Part shown: positions 12,207-20,419 of the stretch, piece after piece
Layout: every line of letters begins with the position of its first letter
Position numbering within the stretch: the first letter of the stretch is position 1
Assembly (NCBI GenBank): GCA_035285125.1
Contig: JAYKHR010000066.1
Span: 64,001 to 128,000, forward strand
Source of the DNA: Candidatus Sericytochromatia bacterium
GTDB lineage: Bacteria; Cyanobacteriota; Sericytochromatia; S15B-MN24; JAQBPE01
Direction of reading: 5' to 3'
Length of the DNA: 64,000 nucleotides
Translations under genes and position numbers: made by a program
Notes under the pieces: generated by a model
The model's input: only the letters and a program-made list of their open reading frames with translations
Told to the model about the DNA's origin: nothing
Databases searched by the model: none

Positions 12207-12734
12207 TCAGCGCACGAGGCGGATGGTGCCACCCGCCTTGAGTCCCCACTCCGCACAAGATCCCGCGGGCACCTCGAGCACGTAGTCCACCGGAACGTCA
12301 GGACCAAAAGTGGGGCACGGAAGGCCGCGCACGCAGGGCTGCGCGTCTGCGTAGACCGCGACGACACGCTCGCCGCGGACGAAGACCACGTCGATGGCAA
12401 AGTTCATGTCCGGCATCCAGATCTGAGCCGGCGTCGGGACATCCCAGCCGAGCACCAGCCCCGTGCCACGCGCCAGGCAAGGCCGTCCGGACAGCCCCTT
12501 CGTCCGGGACTCCAGCGTGAAGGCGAGATCAACGGGCACCTTGCGGTCGCCCAGCAGCACGTGCGAACGCGACGTGGTCGGTTCGCACGAGGCCTGCGGG
12601 CGGGCGGTGGGGGCCACGGAGGCGGTCGGCGCGGCCTCAGGCGTCGCGCCCGTGCCAGGGCCAGCGGCCAGGCGAGGTGGGTTGCAACCCAGCACCGCCG
12701 TCAGAACGGCGGCCACGATAGGCAGACGGGGCAT
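12207..12734 (-). CDS. DUF192 family protein, probable lipoprotein
   Basis: Lipobox VLGC, RTKGLSGR, WMPDMNFAIDVVF, YVLEVPAG. Confidence 0.85.
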   Translation of the reverse strand: MPRLPIVAAVLTAVLGCNPPRLAAGPGTGATPEAAPTASVAPTARPQASCEPTTSRSHVLLGDRKVPVDLAFTLESRTKGLSGRPCLARGTGLVLGWDVPTPAQIWMPDMNFAIDVVFVRGERVVAVYADAQPCVRGLPCPTFGPDVPVDYVLEVPAGSCAEWGLKAGGTIRLVR

Positions 12735-12828
12735 GGTTCCTCCGGCGCTCAGGTGCCCCCCCGCTTGGCGGGGCCAGCCAAGATGTTACGATGACGCTCC
12801 CCCCTTGCGAAGCCCCCGGAGGCCCCGC

Positions 12829-13107
12829 GTGACACCCGATCTCGATCCTGCCCCCCTGAGCCCGGCCGCCGAGGCAACCTTCCACGTGCTGGCCGCCAGC
12901 GTCCCCGAAGCCGACTGGGATCGGCTCGTTCGGACGACCACCGAGGCCGTCCTCAGGCGCCTCGGGGCCTGTGGGGCGCTCGACGGGGCCTCGCCCGAGG
13001 CCATGCGCGAGGCCTTCCATCTGGTGGGCGAACTCCTGGTCGCGCACACCAACGTGACGCTGACGTGCCTGGCGGCAGCCCAGGCCGCGGGGGGGCCCGA
13101 CGCGTGA
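12829..13107 (+). CDS. Hypothetical protein (~92 aa)
   Basis: GGAGG before GTG, extended -10 TGT-TACGAT at 12784-12792, GTGA overlap with the next gene. Confidence 0.6.
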   Translation: MTPDLDPAPLSPAAEATFHVLAASVPEADWDRLVRTTTEAVLRRLGACGALDGASPEAMREAFHLVGELLVAHTNVTLTCLAAAQAAGGPDA

Positions 13108-13877
13108 GCCTGCGGTTCGAGCAGCACGGTGCCATCGGGGTGTTGACGCTAGATCGTCCCGACAAGCTCAACGCCATGAGCCACGAGATGGGGGACGCCC
13201 TGGCAGCCGCCGTCGCGTCGCTCGCCGGGGCCCCCGGGCTGCGCTGCCTGTTGCTGCGTGCCGAGGGGCGCGCCTTCAGCGCTGGGGGCGACCTGGCCTT
13301 CCTCGAGGCCAACCGGGCGCGGACGGAGGCCGAGAACCAGGCGGACATGCGGTCGTTCTATGCGAAGTTCCTGACCATTCAAGACGCGCCCGTGCCCACC
13401 ATCGCCCTGGTGCAGGGGCGCGCAACGGGCGCCGGGATGTGCCTCGCCCTGGCTTGCGACATCCGGATCGCCGCCGACGATGCGCTGTTGTCCTTCAACT
13501 TCGTGCGCATCGGGCTGACGCCCGGCATGGGCGGCACCTGGACCCTGCCTCGCCTGGTCGGGCCCTCACGGGCGGCCGAGCTGGCGTTCACGGGGCGCAC
13601 CGTCGATGCCCCGGAGGCCCTCGTGATGGGCCTCGTGAGCCGCGTGGTGCCTGGAGCGGAGCTGCTCGCGCAGGGCCTCGCGCTGGCGGAGGCGATCGGC
13701 ACGGCCTCACCGCAGGCCGTGCGCGCGACGCGCCGCCTGCTGGCCCAAGCCCCCGGTCTCAGCCTCGGAGAGGCGCTGGACCGAGAGGCTGCCGCCCAGG
13801 CCGTGGCGTTTGCGAGCGACGACTTGCGGGAAGGCCTGAGCGCCGTCAAGGAACGCAGGCCACCGGCCTTCAGCTGA
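13104..13877 (+). CDS. Enoyl-CoA hydratase/isomerase family protein
   Basis: LDRPDKLNAM, AFSAGGDL, LALACDIRIA, ERRPPAF. Confidence 0.92.
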   Translation: MSLRFEQHGAIGVLTLDRPDKLNAMSHEMGDALAAAVASLAGAPGLRCLLLRAEGRAFSAGGDLAFLEANRARTEAENQADMRSFYAKFLTIQDAPVPTIALVQGRATGAGMCLALACDIRIAADDALLSFNFVRIGLTPGMGGTWTLPRLVGPSRAAELAFTGRTVDAPEALVMGLVSRVVPGAELLAQGLALAEAIGTASPQAVRATRRLLAQAPGLSLGEALDREAAAQAVAFASDDLREGLSAVKERRPPAFS

Positions 13878-13967
13878 CGTCGCCGCGCACCCTGACACGG
13901 TAAGCCGGGGTGTTGCCGGTCGAGGCTTGCCGCTTCCACCGCCGGGCGGGCGCCGCCCTGAAGCCAG

Positions 13968-15518
13968 TCACCGGGTATCAGCGGGTGAGCCCCTCCTCGG
14001 AGGCGTCGCGGCTGCGGCCCTGTTGCCGGGGAGACCCAGCGTGCGCCGATACAGGCCGATGTGACGCCCGGGGGCCTTCCACTCGTGCTCCAACCTGTAG
14101 CGGGAGCTTCCGCGCAGGGCTATGTCCATCGATGCCAGGGAACCCTGGTCCCCGATGTGCGTCGTCAGAACGTAACAAGGACGACCGGGCGGGACCCATC
14201 GCTCGACGTCTGCGATCCCAAAGGGGCCCAGGGACCAGTCCCGATTCGCCGGAAGGCGGCGAGCAAGAAACAGCACCACATTCTCTGGTTGCGCGTCCAC
14301 GACGGCAGCCCCTGCTGGCACGAGCCGGTCAACCTCTGCTGCCAGTGGCAAGATCCAGGTCTCGAGCGTGCCGGGCTGTTCGAACCGACGCGTATAAGCC
14401 GGATTCCAGGGCGCATGAAGGATCACCACACCCACCCCAAGGCCAAGGGTCATGCCCCATAGCCGGAACGTTCTGGACGGTCCGTACCGGGCGAGAAAGG
14501 CCAGCCAAAGCGCCACCAGGGGAACCCAACAGTTGAGCGTGTAGTGCGGGAAGTCTTTCACGAGCCGGGTCGCCAGCAGCAAGCCAAAAACGGCCAACCA
14601 GGACCCGACCCAGACCGACTCGCGCCGTGCCCCGTCCTCGCGCAGCCTGCCAAGCAGCCACAACCCAGCGGTGATGGACCCAACCAAGCCCACCAGCCCC
14701 AGCGTCGCCCGGCGGAACTCCGCCGGTAGCGAGACGGGCAGGGCCAGCACCTGGGCCTTCAGGTGTCTCAGAATGCTCCACCACCCTCCCGTACCGTCGT
14801 GAGAAACGTAACTTGCCAACTGGGCGCCGCTGCTCAGCAAAGGCCCCCCGTCGAAGCCGAGCCAGGCCACGAGCCCGAACAGGGGGGCTGCAAAGCCGAG
14901 CAGAAGGGAAGCCCCGTGCGACCCACGCCGAACCTGGAAGGCGAATGGCAGGAGCAGCAAGACACCGACCTGCTTGGAGAGCACCGCGAGCCCGCCGGCG
15001 AAGCCCGCAGCAGCAAAGGCCAGGGCGCCTGCGCGACGCGGCGGTCCGAACGCGAGCAACGCCAGCAGGCCACACAGGACCACGGCGTGCTCGAGCGTCA
15101 CGTGGTTCCCGCCGAATTCCACCGCAAGCAGGGGGTAACCCGCGGCAAGGAACCAGGTGAGAAGCGGTGAGGACCCTGGCGCCAGGCGCCTCCCACAGGC
15201 AACCGTGAGGGCCCCTATGGCCACCACCCAGGCGATGGGAAGCCACGTAACTAGCAAGTACCGTTCAATCCCGAGCCAGATGGGAAGGGCATTTACTGAG
15301 GCCATCAGGGGCGGATAGAAGGGCGAAAAATCCACGTAAGGGCGCAGGCCCGCCGCCACCATCGCAGCCTGTTGCAGGAAAAACCCGGCGTCGTGATCCC
15401 AGATGCCGCGGACCACATCGACGCACAGCAGGCCCACCGCCGCCGCAAAGGCGAGGGCGCCGAGGGCCGCCCCAAAGACCCCGCCCTCCCGCGGATTGCC
15501 CGAGACCTCGCGCCTCAA
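13968..15518 (-). CDS. Polytopic membrane protein, GT-C (ArnT/PMT-like) glycosyltransferase candidate
   Basis: About 11 hydrophobic segments, first-loop motif DHDAGFF...G-LRPYVDF..YPPL and an SKQ motif. Start uncertain. Confidence 0.6.
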   Translation of the reverse strand: MRREVSGNPREGGVFGAALGALAFAAAVGLLCVDVVRGIWDHDAGFFLQQAAMVAAGLRPYVDFSPFYPPLMASVNALPIWLGIERYLLVTWLPIAWVVAIGALTVACGRRLAPGSSPLLTWFLAAGYPLLAVEFGGNHVTLEHAVVLCGLLALLAFGPPRRAGALAFAAAGFAGGLAVLSKQVGVLLLLPFAFQVRRGSHGASLLLGFAAPLFGLVAWLGFDGGPLLSSGAQLASYVSHDGTGGWWSILRHLKAQVLALPVSLPAEFRRATLGLVGLVGSITAGLWLLGRLREDGARRESVWVGSWLAVFGLLLATRLVKDFPHYTLNCWVPLVALWLAFLARYGPSRTFRLWGMTLGLGVGVVILHAPWNPAYTRRFEQPGTLETWILPLAAEVDRLVPAGAAVVDAQPENVVLFLARRLPANRDWSLGPFGIADVERWVPPGRPCYVLTTHIGDQGSLASMDIALRGSSRYRLEHEWKAPGRHIGLYRRTLGLPGNRAAAATPPRRGSPADTR

Positions 15519-16279
15519 GGTCGCACCTCGCCGGCGGCCAACCGCGCCCGCTGATGGGGCACACAGCGGCTCGCGTAGTCGCAGCTGCCGCAGGAGGGGG
15601 TCACGACAGGCTCGAAGTCCTCATCGCGAGAGAGCCGGACCATCGCCTCGTGCGCCACGGTGAGGCGGGCCGCCCAGGCCTCCTCGTCGAGGTCCAACGA
15701 GGTGTCGCTCCCGCCGGGCCGGACCACGACGACCTGGGCCGGGACCAGGCCCGTGGCCTGGGTGACCAGGCTCCGGTAGATGGCCAGCTGCTGAAGGGTT
15801 GCGTCCGTTACCTCCGCAGCGTCCCGAGCACCCGTCTTGTAGTCGAGGAGCGCAAGGCTGCCGTCCGGCAGCTTGTCCACCCGGTCGACAATCCCCCTGA
15901 TGCGAAGCTCCCCGAGGCGCCCCTCGAGCCTTTTCTCCAGCATCAGGGGCGTGCCGCGGTCGCGCCGCGCCTCGCGGGCGCTCGCGTACCTGATCAGCCG
16001 CTGAGCGGCCTCCAGGCGACAGGCTTGCTCCTCTTCCGGCGAGGCGAAGCCCTCCGAGGTCCACGTCGCGGCGAGGGAGGCCAGTGCAGCCCGCTCGCCG
16101 TCCCCGTCACCGGGGGCAGCCTGCTCCAGGGCCTCCAACGCGGCGTGGAGGTTGATGCCGAGGGCCTGAGCGCTGGTGCGACGCTGCGGCACCTTCACCA
16201 CGTAGCGCCAGTAGTAGCGGCGCGGGCACCGGGCGTAGACGGCCACGCGGCTCGCGCTGTGCACGGCGGGGGAACTCAC
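15515..16279 (-). CDS. PD-(D/E)XK nuclease, RecB/AddB/Cas4-like with Fe-S staple
   Basis: SASR..YARCPRRY, G..LH, RGIVDRVD, LLDYKTG, QLAIY, C-terminal CGSCDYASRC. Confidence 0.85.
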   Translation of the reverse strand: MSSPAVHSASRVAVYARCPRRYYWRYVVKVPQRRTSAQALGINLHAALEALEQAAPGDGDGERAALASLAATWTSEGFASPEEEQACRLEAAQRLIRYASAREARRDRGTPLMLEKRLEGRLGELRIRGIVDRVDKLPDGSLALLDYKTGARDAAEVTDATLQQLAIYRSLVTQATGLVPAQVVVVRPGGSDTSLDLDEEAWAARLTVAHEAMVRLSRDEDFEPVVTPSCGSCDYASRCVPHQRARLAAGEVRP

Positions 16280-16283
16280 GGCG

Positions 16284-18029
16284 TCAGATGCTGGCTGGGA
16301 CGCGAAGCGGCGTGCGGCCGCCGCCCGAGAAGCTTGCGCGCAGCGAGGGTTCGAAGATCGCCGAGGCGGGGTCGAAGCTGTTGATGACGACGCAGCCAGG
16401 CTTGGCGGCGGCGTGAAGGTAGCATCCCTCCCCCAGGTAGAGCCCCACGTGACCTGGGAAAAACACGAGGTCGCCAGGAAGCAGGTCCCCGACCTCCGGC
16501 ACCGGCGGCAACGCTGCTTGCTGCTGGTCGGCGTCACGGGGCAGGGCGACGCCCATGACCAGATGGCTCAGCTGCGTGAGGCCGCTGCAGTCGATGCCCC
16601 AGCCAGAGGTCCCGCCCCACACGTAGGGCAGCCCCAGAAACCGCCGGGCGAAGGCCAGCATCGCCTCGATGCCCCCCCCCGAGCCCAGCATCCGCACATC
16701 CTGGGCCGCGAGTGCCACCAGGCTGCCGTCCCCGAGCCCGTAGGTGCCCTGGCCTCGGCTGGCCAGCCGGGTGCCCGCACTCAGCTGCAGCACGCGCCCG
16801 TCGGACGTCGGCACGGCCACCAGCGGCGCGATCAGGATGGCGTCCGCAGGCGGGGGCGCACCCGGGGCCAAGTTGGTGCTGCGTCCCCAGGCCACATAGC
16901 CATCGAGGGTGCGCACGAGGGTCCACTCCTCGACCTCGTCTAGCAGCGCGAGCTCATCGCCCAGCCGAGCCTGGCTGACGAGCTCGTGCGCATGCCCTGG
17001 GCCGCGCCGGAGCTGCAGGCACGGGGCGGTGACGACCCCGGCCCGGGCGGTCAGCAGGCGGGCCCCCAGCTCGACGTGCAGCGTGGGTGGGGGGGCCAGG
17101 CGCTCCGGCTCAGTGGTCTCGCCGAGCACCGCGAGGTGGCCGTCCAGCCAGGCCAGGGTGCGCGTGTCCTGCAGCAGCCTGGCGTCCGCGCCCTTCCGAC
17201 TGGCCTCCAGCCAGGCCGCCGCGACGGCCTCGCGGGCCTCGAGCTGGGCCACCCAACCCTGCACGACCGTCATGGTCCGGGCGAGCAGCGCGTCGGCCTC
17301 GGCCTCCCGGCCGGGGGCGGGACCGGTCAGGGCGGCAATGGCCCAACCGTGGTCGTCTCCGACCAGGCCGGCGTCGTGGCGATAGCCCGGCAGCTCGCCC
17401 GTCTTGTGGGCGAAGCGGAGGCCTGCGGAAAGGCCGGCCGCCAGCTTCTCGCGGCTGCGCTGCTGCCCGAGCATCGCCAGCAGCTCCGCGGTCGAGGCAG
17501 GGTCCAGCAACGCCCCCTCGGCCAGCCGCCCCAGCAGAAGCGCCATCTCGGCGGCCGTGGTGAGGTTCTCGCGCCCCTGCTCCCGGGCCTCCGGGTCGAG
17601 CATGCGCCGCCGCAGGCAGGTGGCCGTGAGCCCCACCGCCTGCGCCAGGGGCGTGATGGCGTCAAGGCCCAGCCTGTCGATCAGGGCGTTGGTGGCGGCG
17701 TTGTCGCTCTCCGTGAGGGAGCGATCGAGGACCTTGCGCCACGGGTGCTGGTAGCCTGCGGGCGCCAGCCCGAGGTTGTCGAACTCTCGCTCTTCGTCGT
17801 CGGGCAGCGCGGCGACGGAGACGCGTTCCTCGAGATCCAGGGCGCCTCGCGAGGCCGCTTCATAGGCGGCGATCGCCAGGGGGATCTTGATCAGGCTGGC
17901 CGCGGGCAGTACGGTGTTCCCAGTCGACCAGCGGCTGCCCGAGCGACGGTGCCAGCAGGCCAGGTCACAGGGGATGCCAGCGTCGCGCCAGAGGGCCTCC
18001 AGCGAGGCGGCCAGCTCGGTGGGCGGCAC
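16284..18029 (-). CDS. Class A beta-lactamase-like serine hydrolase fused to SH3 and NlpC/P60 (C40) peptidase
   Basis: AASLIK (SxxK), SDN, HKTG. SH3-like LVSQARLGD...DGYVAWG. PYVWGG, IDCSG, PRDADQQ, GHVG, LHA. Start uncertain. Confidence 0.85.
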   Translation of the reverse strand: MPPTELAASLEALWRDAGIPCDLACWHRRSGSRWSTGNTVLPAASLIKIPLAIAAYEAASRGALDLEERVSVAALPDDEEREFDNLGLAPAGYQHPWRKVLDRSLTESDNAATNALIDRLGLDAITPLAQAVGLTATCLRRRMLDPEAREQGRENLTTAAEMALLLGRLAEGALLDPASTAELLAMLGQQRSREKLAAGLSAGLRFAHKTGELPGYRHDAGLVGDDHGWAIAALTGPAPGREAEADALLARTMTVVQGWVAQLEAREAVAAAWLEASRKGADARLLQDTRTLAWLDGHLAVLGETTEPERLAPPPTLHVELGARLLTARAGVVTAPCLQLRRGPGHAHELVSQARLGDELALLDEVEEWTLVRTLDGYVAWGRSTNLAPGAPPPADAILIAPLVAVPTSDGRVLQLSAGTRLASRGQGTYGLGDGSLVALAAQDVRMLGSGGGIEAMLAFARRFLGLPYVWGGTSGWGIDCSGLTQLSHLVMGVALPRDADQQQAALPPVPEVGDLLPGDLVFFPGHVGLYLGEGCYLHAAAKPGCVVINSFDPASAIFEPSLRASFSGGGRTPLRVPASI

Positions 18030-18058
18030 GGGCCAGGCGTTGGCGAAGGACGATGGCG

Positions 18059-19075
18059 ATGACACAGGACACCTCGAAGACAGGCGGCTCGGGCGCGCGC
18101 GAACCCTCAGTCTACCACGCGCGTGCGTGCGAGCTTCACGCCCAGCACCCGGTGGTCGATGCGCACTGCGACACCATTACGCTCGTGCTGGACGACGGCC
18201 TCGACTTCGTCGGCGGCGACCCGCGCAGCCAGGTTGACCTGCCTCGGCTGCGGGCCGGCGGCGTCAGCTTGCAGGTGCTGGCCTGCTGGAACGAAGCGGC
18301 CCACTCGGGCCACGCTGCTTTCGCGCGCTGCATGGCGAAGATCGGGGCCTTTCACCGCCTCGCCAGGCAGCACGGCTTGCGGCACGTGAAGGGGGTGGCA
18401 GACCTGGACGGGCCGGGGGTCGGCTTCGTGCTCTCGATGGAGGATGCGGCCCCGTGCATGGGCAGCGGGCCTCACCTCGAGGCCCTGTATGCTGCAGGGG
18501 TGAGGATGATTGGCCTGACCTGGAATGGCCGCAACGAGCTCGCGGACGGGGTGGGCGTGGGGCTGCGACCCGGTGGCCTCACGGATGTGGGCCGGGAGCT
18601 CGTCACCCAGATGGCCGAGCTCGGCATTGTCGTGGATCTCGCGCACGTCTCCAAGCCCTCCTTCTGGGACGTGTTCGAGGTGGTGTCGGGCCCCGTCGCC
18701 GTGTCCCATGCCAACGCGGCCGCCGTCCAGGCCCACCGGCGCAACCTCGACGACGACCAGATCCGGGCCGTGGCCGAGCGCAGCGGCGTCATCGGCGTGA
18801 CCTTCGTGCCGTCCTTCCTGGCTGACGGTGGGACGGCTTCCGTGCGGGACGTGGTGCGGCACGTCAACCACCTGGTTGCCACCGGTGGGGCGGGCGTGGT
18901 GGGCCTCGGCTCCGACTTCGACGGCATCACCGTGCCCCCCGACGGCCTCAACGACGTGGGAGACCTGCCGGGGCTCACGGCGGCGCTGCTGGCGGAGGGC
19001 CACAGCGAGGCTGACGTCGTGGGCTTCCTGGGGGGGAACTGGCTCCGCGTCTTCCGCGCCGTGTGGCACGGCTGA
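18059..19075 (+). CDS. M19 family (membrane-type) dipeptidase
   Basis: DAHCD, SMED, LTWN, DLAH, SHAN, RNL, GSDFDG. Confidence 0.92.
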   Translation: MTQDTSKTGGSGAREPSVYHARACELHAQHPVVDAHCDTITLVLDDGLDFVGGDPRSQVDLPRLRAGGVSLQVLACWNEAAHSGHAAFARCMAKIGAFHRLARQHGLRHVKGVADLDGPGVGFVLSMEDAAPCMGSGPHLEALYAAGVRMIGLTWNGRNELADGVGVGLRPGGLTDVGRELVTQMAELGIVVDLAHVSKPSFWDVFEVVSGPVAVSHANAAAVQAHRRNLDDDQIRAVAERSGVIGVTFVPSFLADGGTASVRDVVRHVNHLVATGGAGVVGLGSDFDGITVPPDGLNDVGDLPGLTAALLAEGHSEADVVGFLGGNWLRVFRAVWHG

Positions 19076-19076
19076 G

Positions 19077-19694
19077 ATGCGCCTCATCGGCCTCACAGGG
19101 GGCATCGCCTGTGGCAAGACGGCCGTGGCCGACGTGTTGGCTGGCCTGGGCGCCGCCATCATCGACACGGATGCGCTGGCGCGAGAGGTTGTGGCGCCTG
19201 GCAGCGAGGGGCTGGCGGCCGTGGTGGCTGCCTTCGGCCCGGGGGTGCTGCGCGAAGACGGGGCGCTCGACCGGGAAAAACTCGGCGCGCTCGTGTTCAC
19301 CAACCCGGAGGCCCGAGAGACCCTCAACGGCATCACCCACCCGCGCATCAGGGGGTTGCTGACGGCTCGCGTCGCGGAGCTCCGGGCGTCGGCCCGGCCT
19401 CCCCGGGCCGCGGTGCTGGTCGTGCCGTTGCTGTTCGAGAACGGCCTCGATCGGCTGGTCGACGAGGCCTGGGTGGTCGATGTGCCTGAAGGTACCCAGC
19501 GAGAGCGTCTGGCAGGGCGCAACGCCTACGGCCCGGCCGAGGTGGAGGCGCGGATTTCGAGCCAGATGCCCCGTGCGGAGCGGCTGGCAAGGGCCTCGCG
19601 GGTGATCGACAACGCCGGTCCCCTCGCCGAGCTGGGCGCGCGCGTGGCCGAGGCCTGGCAATCGGCCGGTCTGACGGCCGAGGGGGCGCCTTGA
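19077..19694 (+). CDS. coaE: Dephospho-CoA kinase
   Basis: IGLTGGIACGKT, IDTD, LDREKLG, ITHP, PLLFE, SQM. Confidence 0.95.
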   Translation: MRLIGLTGGIACGKTAVADVLAGLGAAIIDTDALAREVVAPGSEGLAAVVAAFGPGVLREDGALDREKLGALVFTNPEARETLNGITHPRIRGLLTARVAELRASARPPRAAVLVVPLLFENGLDRLVDEAWVVDVPEGTQRERLAGRNAYGPAEVEARISSQMPRAERLARASRVIDNAGPLAELGARVAEAWQSAGLTAEGAP

Positions 19695-20212
19695 GGCACG
19701 TGGACGGCATGGCGCTGGCGCTCGCGGAAGCCAAGGCGGCCGCCCGGGCGGGCGACGTGCCCGTCGGGGCCGTGCTGGTCTGCGGCGACCGGGTGGTGGG
19801 GCGGGGGCGCAACACGCGCGAGGCGCTGTTCGATCCGACAGGGCACGCGGAGATCAACGCCATTCGCATGGGCGCTGCCAGGCTCGGGCGCTGGCGGCTG
19901 CACGGCTGTGTGCTCTATGTGACGCTGGAGCCCTGCGCCATGTGCGCGGCAGCCCTCGTGCAAGCCCGCCTTCCGCTGCTGGTGTACGGCGCCAGCGACC
20001 CCAAGGCGGGCGCGGCGGGCAGCCGGCTCAACCTGGTCGAGGACCCCAGGTTCAATCACCGCGTTGAGGTCGTGGGTGGGGTCGCGGAGGAGGCCTGTGG
20101 CGTTCTGCTCACGCGCTTTTTCAGGGGGCGCGGCGCCGCATCAGCAGGAGAGTTGCAGACCCAGCATGGCGAGGGCGCACAGCACGATCAGGCACTCGAG
20201 CATGGGGCGTGA
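19691..20212 (+). CDS. tadA: tRNA adenosine(34) deaminase
   Basis: VPVGAV, DPTGHAE, TLEPCAMC, DPKAGA, FNH, FF. The C-terminal ~24 aa appear to be the antisense shadow of a small gene. Confidence 0.93.
   Translation: MRHVDGMALALAEAKAAARAGDVPVGAVLVCGDRVVGRGRNTREALFDPTGHAEINAIRMGAARLGRWRLHGCVLYVTLEPCAMCAAALVQARLPLLVYGASDPKAGAAGSRLNLVEDPRFNHRVEVVGGVAEEACGVLLTRFFRGRGAASAGELQTQHGEGAQHDQALEHGA
20141..20203 (-). CDS. Small hydrophobic peptide MLECLIVLCALAMLGLQLSC (20 aa), not in ORF track
   Basis: GGAGG SD 9 nt upstream of ATG, 18 of 20 sense codons end in G/C, and it has a dedicated upstream promoter. Confidence 0.6.
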   Translation of the reverse strand: MLECLIVLCALAMLGLQLSC

Positions 20213-20276
20213 CCTCCGGCAGCAGGGCCAGGCTTATCGGGACCGCAGCCAGCCCGCCGCCGACGCGCCCGAGGCC

Positions 20277-20315
20277 ATCTTAGCCCGAATCCGGCGCCTT
20301 GTAAAGTATTGTAAA
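20277..20315 (-). promoter_or_regulatory. sigma70 promoter with overlapping direct-repeat operator
   Basis: TTTACA(20300-20305)-17nt-TAAGAT(20277-20282), with the direct repeat TTTACAAT-AC-TTTACAAG (20298-20315). Confidence 0.6.
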
Positions 20316-20381
20316 CATTTCTGACCCACCGCATGCAACCCGCCTTGCGGCCTTCCGCAGGCTAGCGGCGAGCGCCGCGGG

Positions 20382-20387
20382 TATAAT
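20382..20387 (+). promoter_or_regulatory. -10 box of the amino acid ABC ATPase gene
   Basis: Perfect TATAAT 32 nt upstream of GTG, with a GAGG SD in between. Confidence 0.55.
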
Positions 20388-20419
20388 GCGTCCGCGTTCC
20401 CGCAACGAGGAAGTCCTGC

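Noticed and set aside
15515..16279. CRISPR-Cas locus suggested by the Cas4-like gene
   Set aside because: No repeat-spacer array or other cas genes were seen anywhere in the window.
16672..16680. G9 tracts in coding strands (also 42212-42220) as phase-variation switches
   Set aside because: Both are in frame and encode Gly runs. G-runs are frequent here and there is no evidence of slippage.
20202..20324. Plus-strand 40-aa ORF MGRDLRQQ...KYCKHF
   Set aside because: It has no SD and runs through the AT-rich operator. The region is better explained by the minus-strand promoter and leader.
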